In this document: positions 16,307 through 29,469 of the stretch, one piece after another
Position numbering within the stretch: position 1 is the first letter of the stretch
How the letters are laid out: each line of letters begins with the position of its first letter
NCBI GenBank assembly: GCA_046563655.1
Contig: CM102290.1
Coordinates: 3,534,001-3,598,000 of the forward strand
DNA length: 64,000 nt
Direction of reading: 5' to 3'
From: Yuukianura sp. NJ FZ-2021
Lineage: Eukaryota
Notes under the pieces: generated by a model
What the model was told of the DNA's origin: nothing
Database searches by the model: none
What the model saw: only the letters and a program-made list of their open reading frames with translations
Made by a program: the position numbers and the translations under genes

Positions 16307-19300
16307 ATCTACTTGGATTCTGAAAGTATCATTCTTAAAATATTTATAAATACTTCCCAATTCTAAAATTTAAAAATTTCTTTGTTTAGGCAATGTGCCA
16401 AGCTTGGATGGTTTTGGTTAGGAATAAAATATTTCCGAGTAAGTGAAAAAGCGAAAATCAAAAAAGAGAATTTTTGCAGTCTTCTGTTAAAATGTTCTTC
16501 CACTAATAACAGATTTTCGGTTGAGACCGTATACAAAAGCGTATTATTATTATTTTTTTTTTTTTTTTGATACAAGGGCTTATTTTCGGTTAATCTCCAG
16601 TAAAAGAGGTCAGAGGTCATTCATCGTTGTTGTTTTTTTCAAAATTATTACAAAAGCAGAGCACGTCCTTAATATCTTCCACTCCCACACATAACCCACT
16701 CTCACTTTAACCTTAAGCTTTTTTCTATCATAAAAGTGAAAGGAAACCCTCGTTTTCTTTTTTCCTTGTTCTCATTTCCATTTTTTGAGGTTTGAAAGCA
16801 ACAACTTTTATTTAAAACTTGAAAATGACAAAAACAAGTAAGATCACCCCAGAGGTAAACCAGAAGTGTATTAATTTAGGACAAATCAAAATGATTTACT
16901 TTTTCGAAAAAGTGAAAGTTCTTGTTTTTCCAAATTTTTGATTTGTCTTCGTGGTTCCGCTTTTGTAAAAGTGAGATCGAAAATTTAATTTTGTCAAGTT
17001 TAATTTAAGTAATTGTAGACTGTTCAAAACGCCAATAATTTTCCTCACGTTTTCGGAAATTTTGAAAACCAGGTTTTGGAAAACGCTGGTAGAAATCCGA
17101 GTTTCCGTTTACAAAGAAGTTTTCCGTTTTCCTTTTTTTTCAATTTTTTTTCAAAAAGTCCAATCAGTTCGGGTATTCAGTGGAACTACAAAGATGTGTG
17201 TCTATGACATTGTCAACTTGAGTACAAAATTGAAAATGAAATTAATTTGTTATTTCATATGATTCCGTTAGAGCAGAATCAAGTTTCATACTTTATTGAA
17301 TTTTTGAAGTGAACTTGACTCTGAATCGTTTCGTTTGATCCGACTACACCGTCGCTTTTCTAATTTTTTTCTTCTCCTAAATTTCAATGACTCCGAGAAG
17401 TGAAAATCCATTGATTCGGAAAGGAACAAAATTTTGCCTAAATTGAATTTGATTCTTAAAAAATACACCTTATATTTTTCTTAAATTTGGTTTTTAGATT
17501 TGAAAATGGAAAACGGCGGATATCTTATGAGAACCTTCGAATGGTTACATGTTAAGCCATGTCCAACTTTTTGTAGCCCGGAGGCATTTATTGCCACTGA
17601 GGCGGAGTTATTGAATCTATTTTTAGAGTTGTGATCTTGGTTGGATCTTGGGTGAGTGGACTGACAGCCCACAGGAGTTGACAAAATCTGAATCTGCTAA
17701 ATTTCAAAATGAAAAAAATACAAAAATTTTGGCATTTGACACTCCAGATTCCCTGCCTTTCACTAGCTAACAAATACACAAATATTCTTTTTTCCAAAAG
17801 TGTAATTTTGTAACCAAAAAGAAAAAAACAAACAAACAAAAAATGAACAAATGACAGTGCGAAACTGTTAATTTTTATTAGAAATTTGTAGTGCTGATTT
17901 AATCAACTTAAGTTATGTAATGAGTTAACTAGTTTTAAATTAGTTAATGTAATATTGAAATGAATCGATGATCGGTGCAATGAACTTGATGTGTTCATCA
18001 CACTTGTTACCGAGAAAAAAAAACAGTTCGTTCTTCAGCTAACTTGAATTCAATTACTAATTCTTCATACAGAGTTGAGTCAGCAGTTAAAAACGAGTTT
18101 TGTACCAAAAAAAAAGAATTTTTTTAACTTTGAAAAAAATATACCGTAAGATCAAAAGTGCAGTGGGACTTTGGGCCTCTTTTATTACGTTGCTATTAAA
18201 CCTGGACTTCTTCGGACATGATGATTGGACTTGATGAATTTCGTTATTCAATTTAGTAATTAACTGCACGATCAATTTTGAATCCATTGCCTTCAAAAAA
18301 CCATAAACGTTACACGTTGCATCAGACACTCAGTCAGTTCAAGCTAATAACTACTTAGAAACATAGACTCACAATTTTTTTAGTTTGAATTTTTTAAATT
18401 TGACTTTTTTTTAGCGAGCTGCTGATGCCCTCAAACCTTTGAATTAACTTTGATGATTCAACTGGACATTGGGAATGAGATTTTGGTTCCATTTTGTTCC
18501 TGTTCCAATTTTTTTTTACCAAAAGTAGACCACGTCACCTCAATTTGAAGTTGAAACGAAAAATGTAATTGAAAATTGTTTTGTGGGTGGACAAAACATA
18601 AGCACATCGCTGTAACAGAACTGAATCCTACTTTATTGTTTTCTACTTGCGATTCTTCTTTCTTGTAAATCTTTGTTTATGAATCAGTATGCGGATCTTC
18701 TTCAATTATCACTTTTGTAATTTGCACAAAAAACATGTATGTAGGTCAACAAACTTTACGCAAAATTGACTTACTTTGAAAATGAGATGAAAACTCTTCA
18801 TCTCAGTTATCACCAAAAGTGCATGAAAAATGTTCAGCCATTTTTGATCAAATTTTGAATTCGGAGAAGCATTTCTCCTCCGTTTTTTTTTTTGAATATC
18901 CAATTTTGAAGTTTCCCACATATTGTTTCCAAGTGCGTAAAGTGCTCTACTAAACTTTTACTAAACTACTTAACTCTTCCGTCCTTTAATTTCTCACAGT
19001 TGAAGGAAAAGTAATTTAGGTTAAACCTACTTGGATACTTATCAAAAGAACTTTCTGTGAAAATGAGCTTTTTGTCAAAATTTTGTACTACAAAAGCGAA
19101 AAAATAACAAGCGAAACACAGTTCAAAACAACCGCAATTTATTTTGTCTACTTTTTTCTGGAAGTTAGCTTATGCTTATTTGGTCGTAAAAACTTTTTTT
19201 TCAAAGTTCACTTTTTTTCTTTGAATTTTTATAATTTTAGGTAAACCAAGTTTGACTTTGTTGAAAGTGACATAGAACGTAAGGTGAGTTAAGTGCTACT

Positions 19301-21465
19301 TTAGCCACTTTACGCCAAATTGGTTTTATTTTTTTCGTGCTGACAATGATTTAATCTAATCTCGATTCTCATTAACACCCTTTAGAGTCAGCAGCAAGCG
19401 TCAAAAATGTCTCTGCGCATGCGTATTAAAATTTTCCTTAGGAAATGGAAAATATCCAAAATGCAGCGCAGTGGATGAATCACATTGAAACAAAAGTTCT
19501 TTTTTATTTCAAACCGAAGGTTGTAAAAATGTTTCATTTCTCAGGGGAATAAATCTCTTCTTTTTCTTCCGCTTCATCTTCTGATTTAAATTGAACCACA
19601 CATCTTTTATTCTGTGTTCATTCCTTTACCTAAATCCATGCACAATGACAAGTCACTGTAGAATGAAATATTTACATTAGGTTTTGTTCTTTGAGTAAAG
19701 AAAAAACCGAAAAAATAGAGTTTGTTCCAAACGCTTGATTTTTCTATTTCTGAAACGTTTGAATTTCTTCTAATGAATTTGACTTTTATTTTATTCTTGC
19801 AATTATTGGGCTTTGAGGTTGAGAAAGTCCGTATTTGAAAGGTGACTGAAAGTTCATTAAAAAAATTTCGAATTTGAACTTTTTTTTTTTGAAAATGTAG
19901 GTGTAAGAGTGGGTCGTGCAGTAGTGAGGCGAAGGATAGTGGCCAGTGGAAAGCGGATGTAACGAAGAACTTGTTTGTCCCATTGGAATTTGAACTCCTC
20001 TGCAATGAGAAATCAGTGTCCGACGGAGATGTATTAAGTTAGGTTGGTTGTTCGGATGCCTCCTTATGCCCATCACTAGGTCACTTCTTCACTTCCGTGT
20101 GGTGTGTAACCTTGGTTGATCTTGACCTCTTGGCATGCCACCAGTACCTTGCCCAACAGGTCTGCATTCAAAAATCCCACCACCAACGATCTTGCGGTAC
20201 TCGGCATTCCCTGTCCAAAATACTTCAAAGCAGAAATGCGGGTAGGATGAGACACAATATGGAACCAGGCCAACAAATTTGAACCAATCCACGCCCATAC
20301 TTATAACCTAACCATACCTCGTCAATTCAATTCATCGCGGAGGTCAAACTCCTGTAGAATGTGCGTGACACAAATTTAAAACCGTTTCAGCATACTCTCA
20401 ACTCAAACGATTTCCGCAACGGCGACAGTTTTTGACAAATTGACAAATTTTTTATTTTTGCTTGTCTCGCTTTTTTAATATTGTAAAGGTATATTAGCGT
20501 TTTATTTTTTCTTCAAATTGAATTTTCAAAACTTTTTTTTTAAAAATTGGTTTTAGAGTTTGGTATTGGATGAAAAATGATTCAGGTGACGTGCCTTCTC
20601 GCCCCGTATAACAAACACTTATCTTGACCCAATTGAGTTGACCTCGCAAATTGGATTCAGTAGAGCACATCCAAAGCTTCGAAGATGCTCAAAATGTAGT
20701 AGACAATGGTCAGCACTTAAAAAACAGTGATTTCTTAATAGGCTTCCTAGTTTGTAACATTTACTACAGTTGTAAAAAAGTTTTTCATTTTTTTCTTTTA
20801 AAATTCATTGAACTCTTCTCCGCCATTGACTATAAACAACCATTGCCATTTCACTCACCTTTTGAAACTTTTGAATTCAGACAAGAAAAGTTGAGAAACC
20901 TAAAGTGAAATTGGCAAACAAGTTATTTTTTGTATGTTTATGCTTTTTTTTATGTTGTGTGTGTGAACTTGTATGTTGTATGGAAATGAGACTATGGGAG
21001 TCATGACCTCTGGCCCTGCCCATTCATGGACACTTTATGCATGTGTGTGTCAATTTCAATTGGAAAGTGGAAGAGAAATCGATCTTGACAATGGATAGTG
21101 TGTGAGTGAGTGACCCAGAGTTCATTAGTTAGTGATAGTAATTGATGTTAGGTTATGGAAAAAGGAGACTAAGGATATCTGGCTTCCGTTAAGGAACAAA
21201 AACAAGTAGAAATGTAGATCAAAGCATCTTCAAAGTGTTGCGTTGAGTGAGTGATGCTAAATGGTCAAGTTCAAGTGCATTTTCTCTGCATGAGGGATGA
21301 AAAAGTTTGTTTTATAAGGAGGGAACATGGAGATGGTGGATAGGGATGCGAGTGTTCTGTGAAGCTTTGTTGTAATTTCTGTAGCCTTTTTACTCATTTT
21401 GTTCAATTGTTGTACACTTTTTGCAAAGTTTAGGGTGGTGGGTGCTGGAGGGGAGTCAGGTCAGG

Positions 21466-21560
21466 GTATAAAGAGATCATCTGAACCAAGTGCAAAATCA
21501 GAAACCGTCAGATTGTTCTAGAGTCACCACCACCAAAGAGAATTTAACCCCTTCTCTCAG
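21466..21560 (+). promoter_or_regulatory. TATA box and non-coding first exon of the gene at 22005
   Basis: GTATAAAG about 30 bp before a TCAG initiator-like site, followed by CAG|GTAAAG donor at 21561. Confidence 0.5.
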
Positions 21561-22004
21561 GTAAAGCTAATTTACAAAAGTTAATTACAATTAAAATTTT
21601 GGTGCAAAAGAGGAATTTTCTATTAGTTAACTCTTAAAACAAAGCTACAAAAAGTTTATCGTTCTTCAAAGACGCTAGGTTTTGCAAAAGTATTAGAATC
21701 GTTTTTACATTTTCTGAATTTTTGGATTTTGTTTAAAAAATCCTTTAAGTATTTAAAATAAAATTGTGATTTAACTTTCACTTTAGTTTTGATAGTAAAA
21801 TTATAAATTATTTCATTTTTTTAATTTTTTAATTTTTTCATTTTTATGTTACAAGGAATGGAAAATGCTTAAGGGAAAACTCAGCTTTTCAACATTTTGG
21901 ATCTGGGTTAAATATTCTTTCATTAAATTTTTGAAATTTTGGTGTTTCAGGTCCACTGTCAAACCTTGGGAACCTTCCTTCCAGAAGCCAAATTTATTTT
22001 CAAA

Positions 22005-22806
22005 ATGCTTCGCACCGTAGTTCTGACTGTTCCTATTGCCTTCCTCCTGTTGGCTGGAGTAAGAGCTGAAGAGCCCAAGTCTCCATCGGCTGTCACTGAT
22101 GAAGCGAGTCGTGGTGGTCCATATTCGCAGCAATACCACTACAACTCATATGGCGGTGGTCATGACCCCTACGGATACACGTACGCTGGATTGTCCTTTG
22201 ACCTCAGCACTGGTCTCTTCTTGGCTCTCGGTGCCATCATTGTCCTTCTCGCCTTGGCTGCTGGTAAGAAAACCACTTTCACCTACCCTAACTTCTCTAA
22301 GGACTTTTTCACTCTTTCTTTAAAGAGAAAAACTTTCTCTTTTGAGAAAAAATTCTGATTTTTAAACTTTTTGTTCCGATTCCATAAAATTAAAAAATGA
22401 CAAATTTTGCCACCACAAAAAAACTCAAAATTTTATAAAAGAAATTTGTATAGATTTGACCAGGTTTGTGGTCTTTCTTTCTTTGGCAATTATAAAACTC
22501 TGTTTTTCTTTCTGTGGAGCACAAATTTTTAAAACTTTTTCAAAACTTTTGAGAGAGGAAGAGAAAGGAAAAGTTTGGATTTTCAAAATTATGCATGTTG
22601 TTTCTTTTTTCTGCTTGTTAGTAATCTACCCACTGTTGAGCAAGAACTCTGGAAGCTCAGGGTGGGACAGTTATGGATCCGGTGGATACGGAAGTGGTGG
22701 AAGCAGCAGCTACGGATCTTACAGATCCTACAACATTGCTGGAACAGCCGAAAAAGTTTTGTCTGCCATTGAGAAAGTATACGAAGCCTACAACAAAAGC
22801 CAGTAA
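22005..22806 (+). CDS. Small signal-peptide, single-TM Gly/Tyr/Ser-rich protein (about 147 aa, 2 coding exons)
   Basis: Exons 22005-22263 and 22622-22806 joined by a phase-1 GT-AG intron: MLRTVVLTVPIAFLLLAGVRA-EEPK...YGGGHDPYGY...LFLALGAIIVLLALAAVIYPLL...YGSGGYGSGG...KVLSAIEKVYEAYNKSQ stop. Confidence 0.85.
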
Positions 22807-23529
22807 AAACCCGGGTAAGATAACTTTTCTGAAAGACAAATCTCGGGTAAACCAATTTGAAAAAAAAATCTTAAGACCTCATTCAATCTTTAATCAAATC
22901 CGCCCAAACTCTTTAGCCCAATTTTCTTTTTAAAAAATGAGGCTTTTGCACAAAATCCATGGCTTGAGGCTTCCTTTCTGTGACTCTAATTACCAAAAAA
23001 AAAAGTTATGAGAAACGAAAAAGAAAGATTTTGTTGGGAAGGATTGACCTACAAAACAAGTTAACTGTTAGGAAGTGTTTAAGTGTTTAGGGGAAAAGAG
23101 AGCCAGTCGGACAGGATTTGTTGAACCAAAGTCACCTGAACTTGACCTTTGACCTAGTTTACTCAGTCACATCGTAATGACTACTACGATGGAGAGTGGG
23201 CCGAGTTCATTCACATAGACACTCCTTTGTAATTAATTTCCTGTTTGACTGCCTTTCTTTCCTACTTAAACTGACCAATTATGGACTCGAAACAAGTTTT
23301 TTTTTTTTTGAAATTTCGATTTTAATGAAAACTTTTAAAATTTTGAAATTTAATTCTTTTTGAAACAGATTGAATCATCGCCAGTTACGCCAAAGTCTGT
23401 CTCGTCCTTTCTTCACTCGTCTTCAACCTATTCAAAAAATACTTTGAGAAATATGCAGTTTCTTCTCATTCACAAAAACAAGGATTTTACAAGGAGAAGA
23501 AAGTAGAAACAAAGTTTTCTTGGTTTCTG

Positions 23530-23581
23530 ATCATCATCATCATCTTCACCTTGATCATCATCATCATCATCATCATCATCA
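23530..23581. repeat. (ATC)n microsatellite, interrupted
   Basis: tcatcatcatcatc...tcatcatcatcatcatcatcatc. Confidence 0.9.
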
Positions 23582-25487
23582 CTATGATTGGTTCCCCTGC
23601 TTCAGACACGCGAGCATCATCAATTGAAGAACTTTTTTATTTATTGGAGAAAATCAACTGTGGATTTCAAGAATTACTGGGATGGTATCAACTATTTACA
23701 AACAAACGTTTTTGACCTTAAAAGTGGTGGGAACAAGACAAATACAAAAACGGAAAAACCGGACACGGTCAAATTCAAAATTTTGACGACCTCTGACCTT
23801 TTACCTCTACGCGCTCAAAATTTGATGCATCTTTTTGGCCTCAAAGAAAAAAAAACTGGAATTGAGTTGATGGCTTTCTTCTCATGACACGGTTAAGTTT
23901 TTTCTCTCTCCTCTTGCTCCAATTTTCAAAAACAAAAACAAATTTTTCCAAAAACAGGACGATGACGATGACAAAAGACGACTTTGAATTACCTCCTGCT
24001 CACTTTTTGTAATACTCAACCTACTTCCAACTACTTTACACTTACAACCAAAGACTGACACGATATTTTGTTTAAAAAAAAGTTAGAGAAAATTATGAAA
24101 AAAAAAATATGGGTTTAGATTTTGACGACAAAAAAATTTAGTTTTGTAATTCATGACTTTAAAGTTAAAAGTTTTTGTAGACTTTTTTCAAAGTGTACAA
24201 AAATTTAGTGAAACTTAATTCTAAATGTAACGCCAATTTTACCAGGACTTTAGAAAAATACTAATGTTGGACATGGGATACAATGGGACTGTGACGCACC
24301 CCACCCACTACCCCCTTCTCAAAAAAAAAAACTGGACGACACCATTTGTGAACTGACAATTTTGACACTGACAACATGAGCTAACTCTCCCGTGATATTA
24401 TTGACACTTCGAGTGAGTTGCTTGACTTTTTTTGACATTTGACACATATACAAATCGTAAGATTTTGACATTTATTGACAAATTGAAACTTAACTTGACT
24501 TATTTTTTGGACAACAAAAAGTGACTCCTTCCTCCCTGATTCTCCCACATCAAAAGTTCAAGCAGCTTTTTCAAAAATTTGGTTTTCTAGAAAAATTTAC
24601 CTCCAAAATTTTTTCTACTCCCCACCCTGCCTTACCCTTACTCCCTTTTCCAATTTTTTTCAAAACTGGCTCAATTACGAAATTGTTATTGTTGTTTTGT
24701 TCTAAGGTAAAAATAATCCTGTTCTAAATGTTCAACTTTTTTTTACTATTGGTTTTACTCAAAATGTTTTGTCAAATTAACTAATTGTTGTTGTTGTTTT
24801 TTAAATATTTATTCCCAACTGATATTGTTGTCTAATTCTAAAAAACAAAAACCTCAAACTAATGTTGTTCTCTAATGTCTCTATTTTGTTACAGTTTGAA
24901 ATTCTAAATAAAGTCAACATTTTTATTGCAATCAAATTTTACTAGTCTTTTCTCGTGAACTATTTATTTCTTCAAACATTTGTCGATCATTTCTTCAGTT
25001 CTTATGCACAAACGAACTAATTCTTAAGAAATAAGGCTACTTGAAAGTTAAATTGAATTTGGATGTGCAAGATGAGTTTCTTTTCAAATTCTAAAAAAAA
25101 AAACAAGATTACAATGGGTTTTTTCATTCAAAATTTGAACAAAGCCTCAATAACAAATATCGGACAACACCCTGAAAACTTTGGAAAAGGAAAAAAAACT
25201 TTTTATTTAAAAAGAAGTTATTTGCACTCAAATGGGAAGTTGATAGTTTGGAAAGTGGGCTTGAAAAGTTAAGTTTTTTGAGAATTTGAACATTTGTTAA
25301 TTCTGTTCACGAAATCCGGTTTGGAAAGTGTTTGTGAAAATCAATTTAAAGTTGTACTCATAGCTGCATGTCCCATTGCAATTGGCCTATTAATGCCAAT
25401 GGCTCACTTTCTCTCCACTTTCTAACTGTGAGTCCCTTGTGGTCTAATGAAACATTTCCGCTTTCACCAGGGTTCGGCAAGTTAACA

Positions 25488-25676
25488 ACATTCAAGTACC
25501 CCCCTCGTCCTAGACATATACTAAAGTACCCCGTGGTCCCCCGACACACATTGAAGTACCCGTTTGTGTTCGGACGAATACTAAAGTACCCCATTCGCTC
25601 CGCACCAGTACTCAAGTGCCCCCCTTCGTCATAGACCAATACTAAAGTGCCCCCTTCGTCCCCATGCCAGCACTCA
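25488..25676. repeat. Degenerate tandem array with 30-bp period (conserved AAGTRCCC core, variable linkers)
   Basis: Cores at 25494, 25524, 25554, 25584, 25614 and 25645. Confidence 0.8.
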
Positions 25677-26204
25677 TGCGTCTCGCCTCGAGGTAACTAC
25701 AGTGGAAACCGGGCACTGGGGAATTCTTCCTCCAAATAATGGATGAACAAGACAAACGACAGTAACGAGGCTCATATATCACAATTTGAAAAGTAAGTCT
25801 ATGATTTAAGAATGACAGTTAGTCTATATATGTCAAAGGTCATTCCAAGAGCACACCACGAATCAAGGGGTGGAGCCTGGAGTGGTAGTGCCCATTAACT
25901 CCCCAGAGAGGACTACTCTAACTCTGGACTTTTATTTTTCGTTTTTTAACAACTTTCTTTCTCGCAGGACACAATTGTCCACACAAACATTTCGGATTTT
26001 GTTCTTCTTGAAAAGTTTTTTCTGACTTTTCTTGAAAATTTGAAAATAACAAAGTGGTCAGTAGAAGAAAAAGTGAATGAAAATACCCAATTCACAAACA
26101 TCAAATATGAAAAACTTTTTTTTAGTTAGACTTGAATTCCCGTTACAGTATTACATTTCCTTTTCAAAAAAGAAAAAGAAAAAGAATTTCTCCAGAACCA
26201 AGGT

Positions 26205-26475
26205 AAATAGAATACTACTAGGTAGTGCGAATGGAAAATTTGTTTGGTTGCCATGTGGAAAAAAAATGACGTCACCCGCTGAAAATACCGGAATTCTGCC
26301 AATTATTGGTGGTGTCCTATAGAAGACACATCTTGTTTACATAAATGCCAGCGGGTTCCAATTTCACGATTACGGTATTTTTCAGCTGGTGACGTCACAA
26401 ACAAAAAATTGCGTTGGTTGCTATGGGCGCCATTTGCAGAGGGCTGCTCCAGAACATATTTAAGTATGCTATTCT
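26205..26475. mobile_element. MITE-like element with an internal 24-bp inverted repeat
   Basis: tgacgtcacccgctgaaaataccg (26267-26290) versus cggtatttttcagctggtgacgtca (26373-26397); outer aatagaatact / agtatgctatt. Confidence 0.55.
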
Positions 26476-27576
26476 AGCACAAGCTTCAAGTTCAAACTTC
26501 TAGCAAAATCCGAAAGCATGTGTCATCCCGTGTCATCCTGGAATTGGCGGGAGTAACTTAAACCTTGTTAATCCATCATAGAGATTCTACGCCTAAGGTA
26601 AGGTAAATGCCTTTGTGAGTGATAGTCAAAGTTTAAATGGCGATTCTCAAATTCTCCCGCCTCCAGAATTTAAGCTTGCGCTTGGAGGCATTTTGTGGCT
26701 TCTTTGGCAATCAGAGTTCCAAAAGTCAATGTTTTCAAAAGGCCTCTGCTCCGTTTTTCCCAGAAAACTAAAATGCTTTTCAGCGTCCTTTTGAATTGTA
26801 TAGACCTTGCTGGTGTAACAGTGCAACCACTTCAAACAAAAACTTCACCGCAAATTTCCACGGATTGGAGAAGGGAGTTACCATAGCACCACTTGTTCCA
26901 TAACTTTGTTTAGCTTTGAATATTGTAACTTTAGCACGTGTTTTCACTCTTTTACAGTTTCAAAAGAGGATATTCTTAAACTAAGTTTTGCGGTTTTCGT
27001 GTAGTGAAGAGCATGGCGAAACTGAGGAGAGAAAGTTAATAAGTTACCGATCGGTTGGACAGGAAAAGTAATATTTCTGTATGAAGTTTTAGTATATGGT
27101 TTGGCGAGTACTAAATGATAACCGACGCAACTAGAAGTGGTAGCACTAGAACTACCATATCAGTATGTATAAAGTGATAGAAAAATTCGGTTGGGTCCGC
27201 CTAAATATACCGCTGGATTCTATTTGATTTATATTTTACATTCAGTAAAATTTATGGGCATAATAATGTGAAAGTTATAGCATCGAAACAGCACTTTCTT
27301 CATTTCAAAGAAAAATATCGTAAGCCTCTCAGAAAAAAAATGGATACTTTTACTCCGAATTAAATTTCGTTACTTCTTTTTCTCCAAAATTTGGATTGTG
27401 TGACTACTAACCCCATCAAATTTTTCATGTGTACAGAAGTCAAGAACCATCAAAATACTTTTGCAAAACTGTATGCCGCCATATTATTTTGGAGTTTTCA
27501 AAATTTCTCAAAATTGTTCATATTTTTTGAAAGTTTCTCGCGAACAGATTAGGTCTCTATCGTCTTCCGTTCCCGA

Positions 27577-28650
27577 GATATTGTGCACTAGGCTGTCAGC
27601 AGGAACAAAAAGTAAAGTCTTCCCAAGTCTTACCCCATAAAAGCGTTCCAGTATATGAAAGAAAATTACAGTAAAATTTTCAGAATTTTTTTTCAACTCT
27701 AAAGGGTGCCGCAGACATGTTACAGAATAGCAATGGACGCCCTATTAGAATGTACGCATCTAAGCCCGTTTATTCTTATTTATTGTTATTCGCTATACAG
27801 TAGCTTTTTTCGTTTCAGTGAAAGAAACTGTAATAAATGAAATAAATTGAAAATTGAAAGAAACTACAGCTGTTTTGTTTCAGTCCATAAATTTAGGTTG
27901 GGAAAGCAAAACTTCGTTTCACCTTAAAGAAATGAAGAAAATTGAAATTAACTGAAACTCAAATACCCACAACATACCCACAACATACCAACAACATACC
28001 CACAACATACCAACAACATACCAACAACATACCCGCAACATACCCACAACATACCAACAACATACCCGCAACATACCCGCAACATACCAACAATATACCA
28101 ACAACATACCAACAACATACCCGCAACATACCCGCAACATACCAACAACATACCCGCAACATACCCGCAACATACCCACAACATACCAACAACATACCCG
28201 CAACATACCAACAATATACCAACAACATACCAACAACATACCAACAACATACCAACAATATACCAACAACATACCAACAACATACCCGCAACATACCCGC
28301 AACATACCCACAACATACCAACAACATACCCGCAACATACCAACAACATACCCGCAACATACCCACAACATACCAACAACATACCCACAACATACCAACA
28401 ACATACCAACAACATACCCACAACATACCAACAACATACCCGCAACATACCCACAACATATCCGTAAGTAGGTTATCCCTATATAAATCGTTGATCCCGT
28501 TGCGGCACTCCCTAGCGTTGGAATAAAAATCTGAAAATTTTACCAATTTTTCTTCTCATATAATGTAACGATTATGTGGGGTAAGGCTTAAAGTAAAAGT
28601 AGTTTGAAAAACCCAATGTATTCTGTTGACAGTCTATTGTGCACACGAAT
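27577..28650. mobile_element. Foldback-type element with long degenerate inverted arms enclosing a minisatellite
   Basis: 27577-27715 is an inverted copy of 28498-28650 (gtgcactaggctgtcagca / tgttgacagtctattgtgcac; aagtcttaccccata / tatgtggggtaaggctt; gtaaaattttcaga / tctgaaaattttac; gtgccgca / tgcggcac). Confidence 0.65.
27963..28460. repeat. 11-bp minisatellite (acatacc[aa/ca/cg]ca), about 45 copies
   Basis: Variant units acataccaaca, acatacccaca, acatacccgca and atataccaaca. Confidence 0.95.
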
Positions 28651-29469
28651 CAAAGTGTTCAAAATTTTTGCACACTATTTGTATGTCATTGCCCGGTATC
28701 CCCAACAAAGATTTCGAAATTGCTCACACTATGTCCAATAGCTCCACGATCACTGAAATTGATCGACTTTGCGCGGGAACTGTTGCACAAGTTAATTATC
28801 TATGGTGTACTTTATGCTCGCTGCACCGTTCATCATCTTTTCGACCTGATGTAAGTCGCATATCAAAAAAGTGAGAAACGGCGGGAAAAGTAAAGTGACA
28901 ACGATGTGTCACCCGATTAGTTCTGAGAAACGTGTGAATTGGTTGCGAAGGAAGTTTCATCTGGGGTGATGGCGGGGCAGATGACATGGCTCGACAGTCA
29001 CCACCACAACCACCGCCACCATTGCGTCGTGTGGATTGACGTGACAAAATTTCGGTGGTACCAAAGTTAGATAAGAGCCACCAGCACCTGAACCCAAGAG
29101 AGCAGAAAATGAGGATGACTCTTATGAAAAAACGAAACCTAAATGTAACAAAAAACACAGTAACGGTGAGTGGAACTGAAGCGTGTCAACGGGGTCACGA
29201 TTTGAAACTTTGCCAGGCTTAACAGCACAGACCCCAAACAGTCACTTCAGATTACGAACGAAAGCAGCATTTGAACCTAAAGGTTCAAATAAGTCAAGAA
29301 CACAAACGTTCTCTCTAGAGGGACAAACTTCCTTTTAAAAATTGTCCTGGACACTTTTTTTTCAATTTCAAGAAAAAAAAAAGTTCTGGAAGTGAAACCG
29401 AGAAAGCCATGAGGCCCAACACGTTTTGCCCGAGAAGCTCTATCGCTTGATTTCGTTTTCTCTGGGCAA

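Noticed and set aside
17240..17430. gattc/gaatc-rich stretch as a hAT MITE
   Set aside because: No definable TIRs or TSD
25488..25676. CRISPR-like repeat-spacer appearance
   Set aside because: Core is only about 12 nt and degenerate, context is eukaryotic and intron-rich, and there are no cas genes
27919..28546. Long overlapping ORFs (Cys/Trp/Val-rich on minus, Thr/Gln/His-rich on plus)
   Set aside because: Artefacts of an 11-bp minisatellite with no stop codons in several frames
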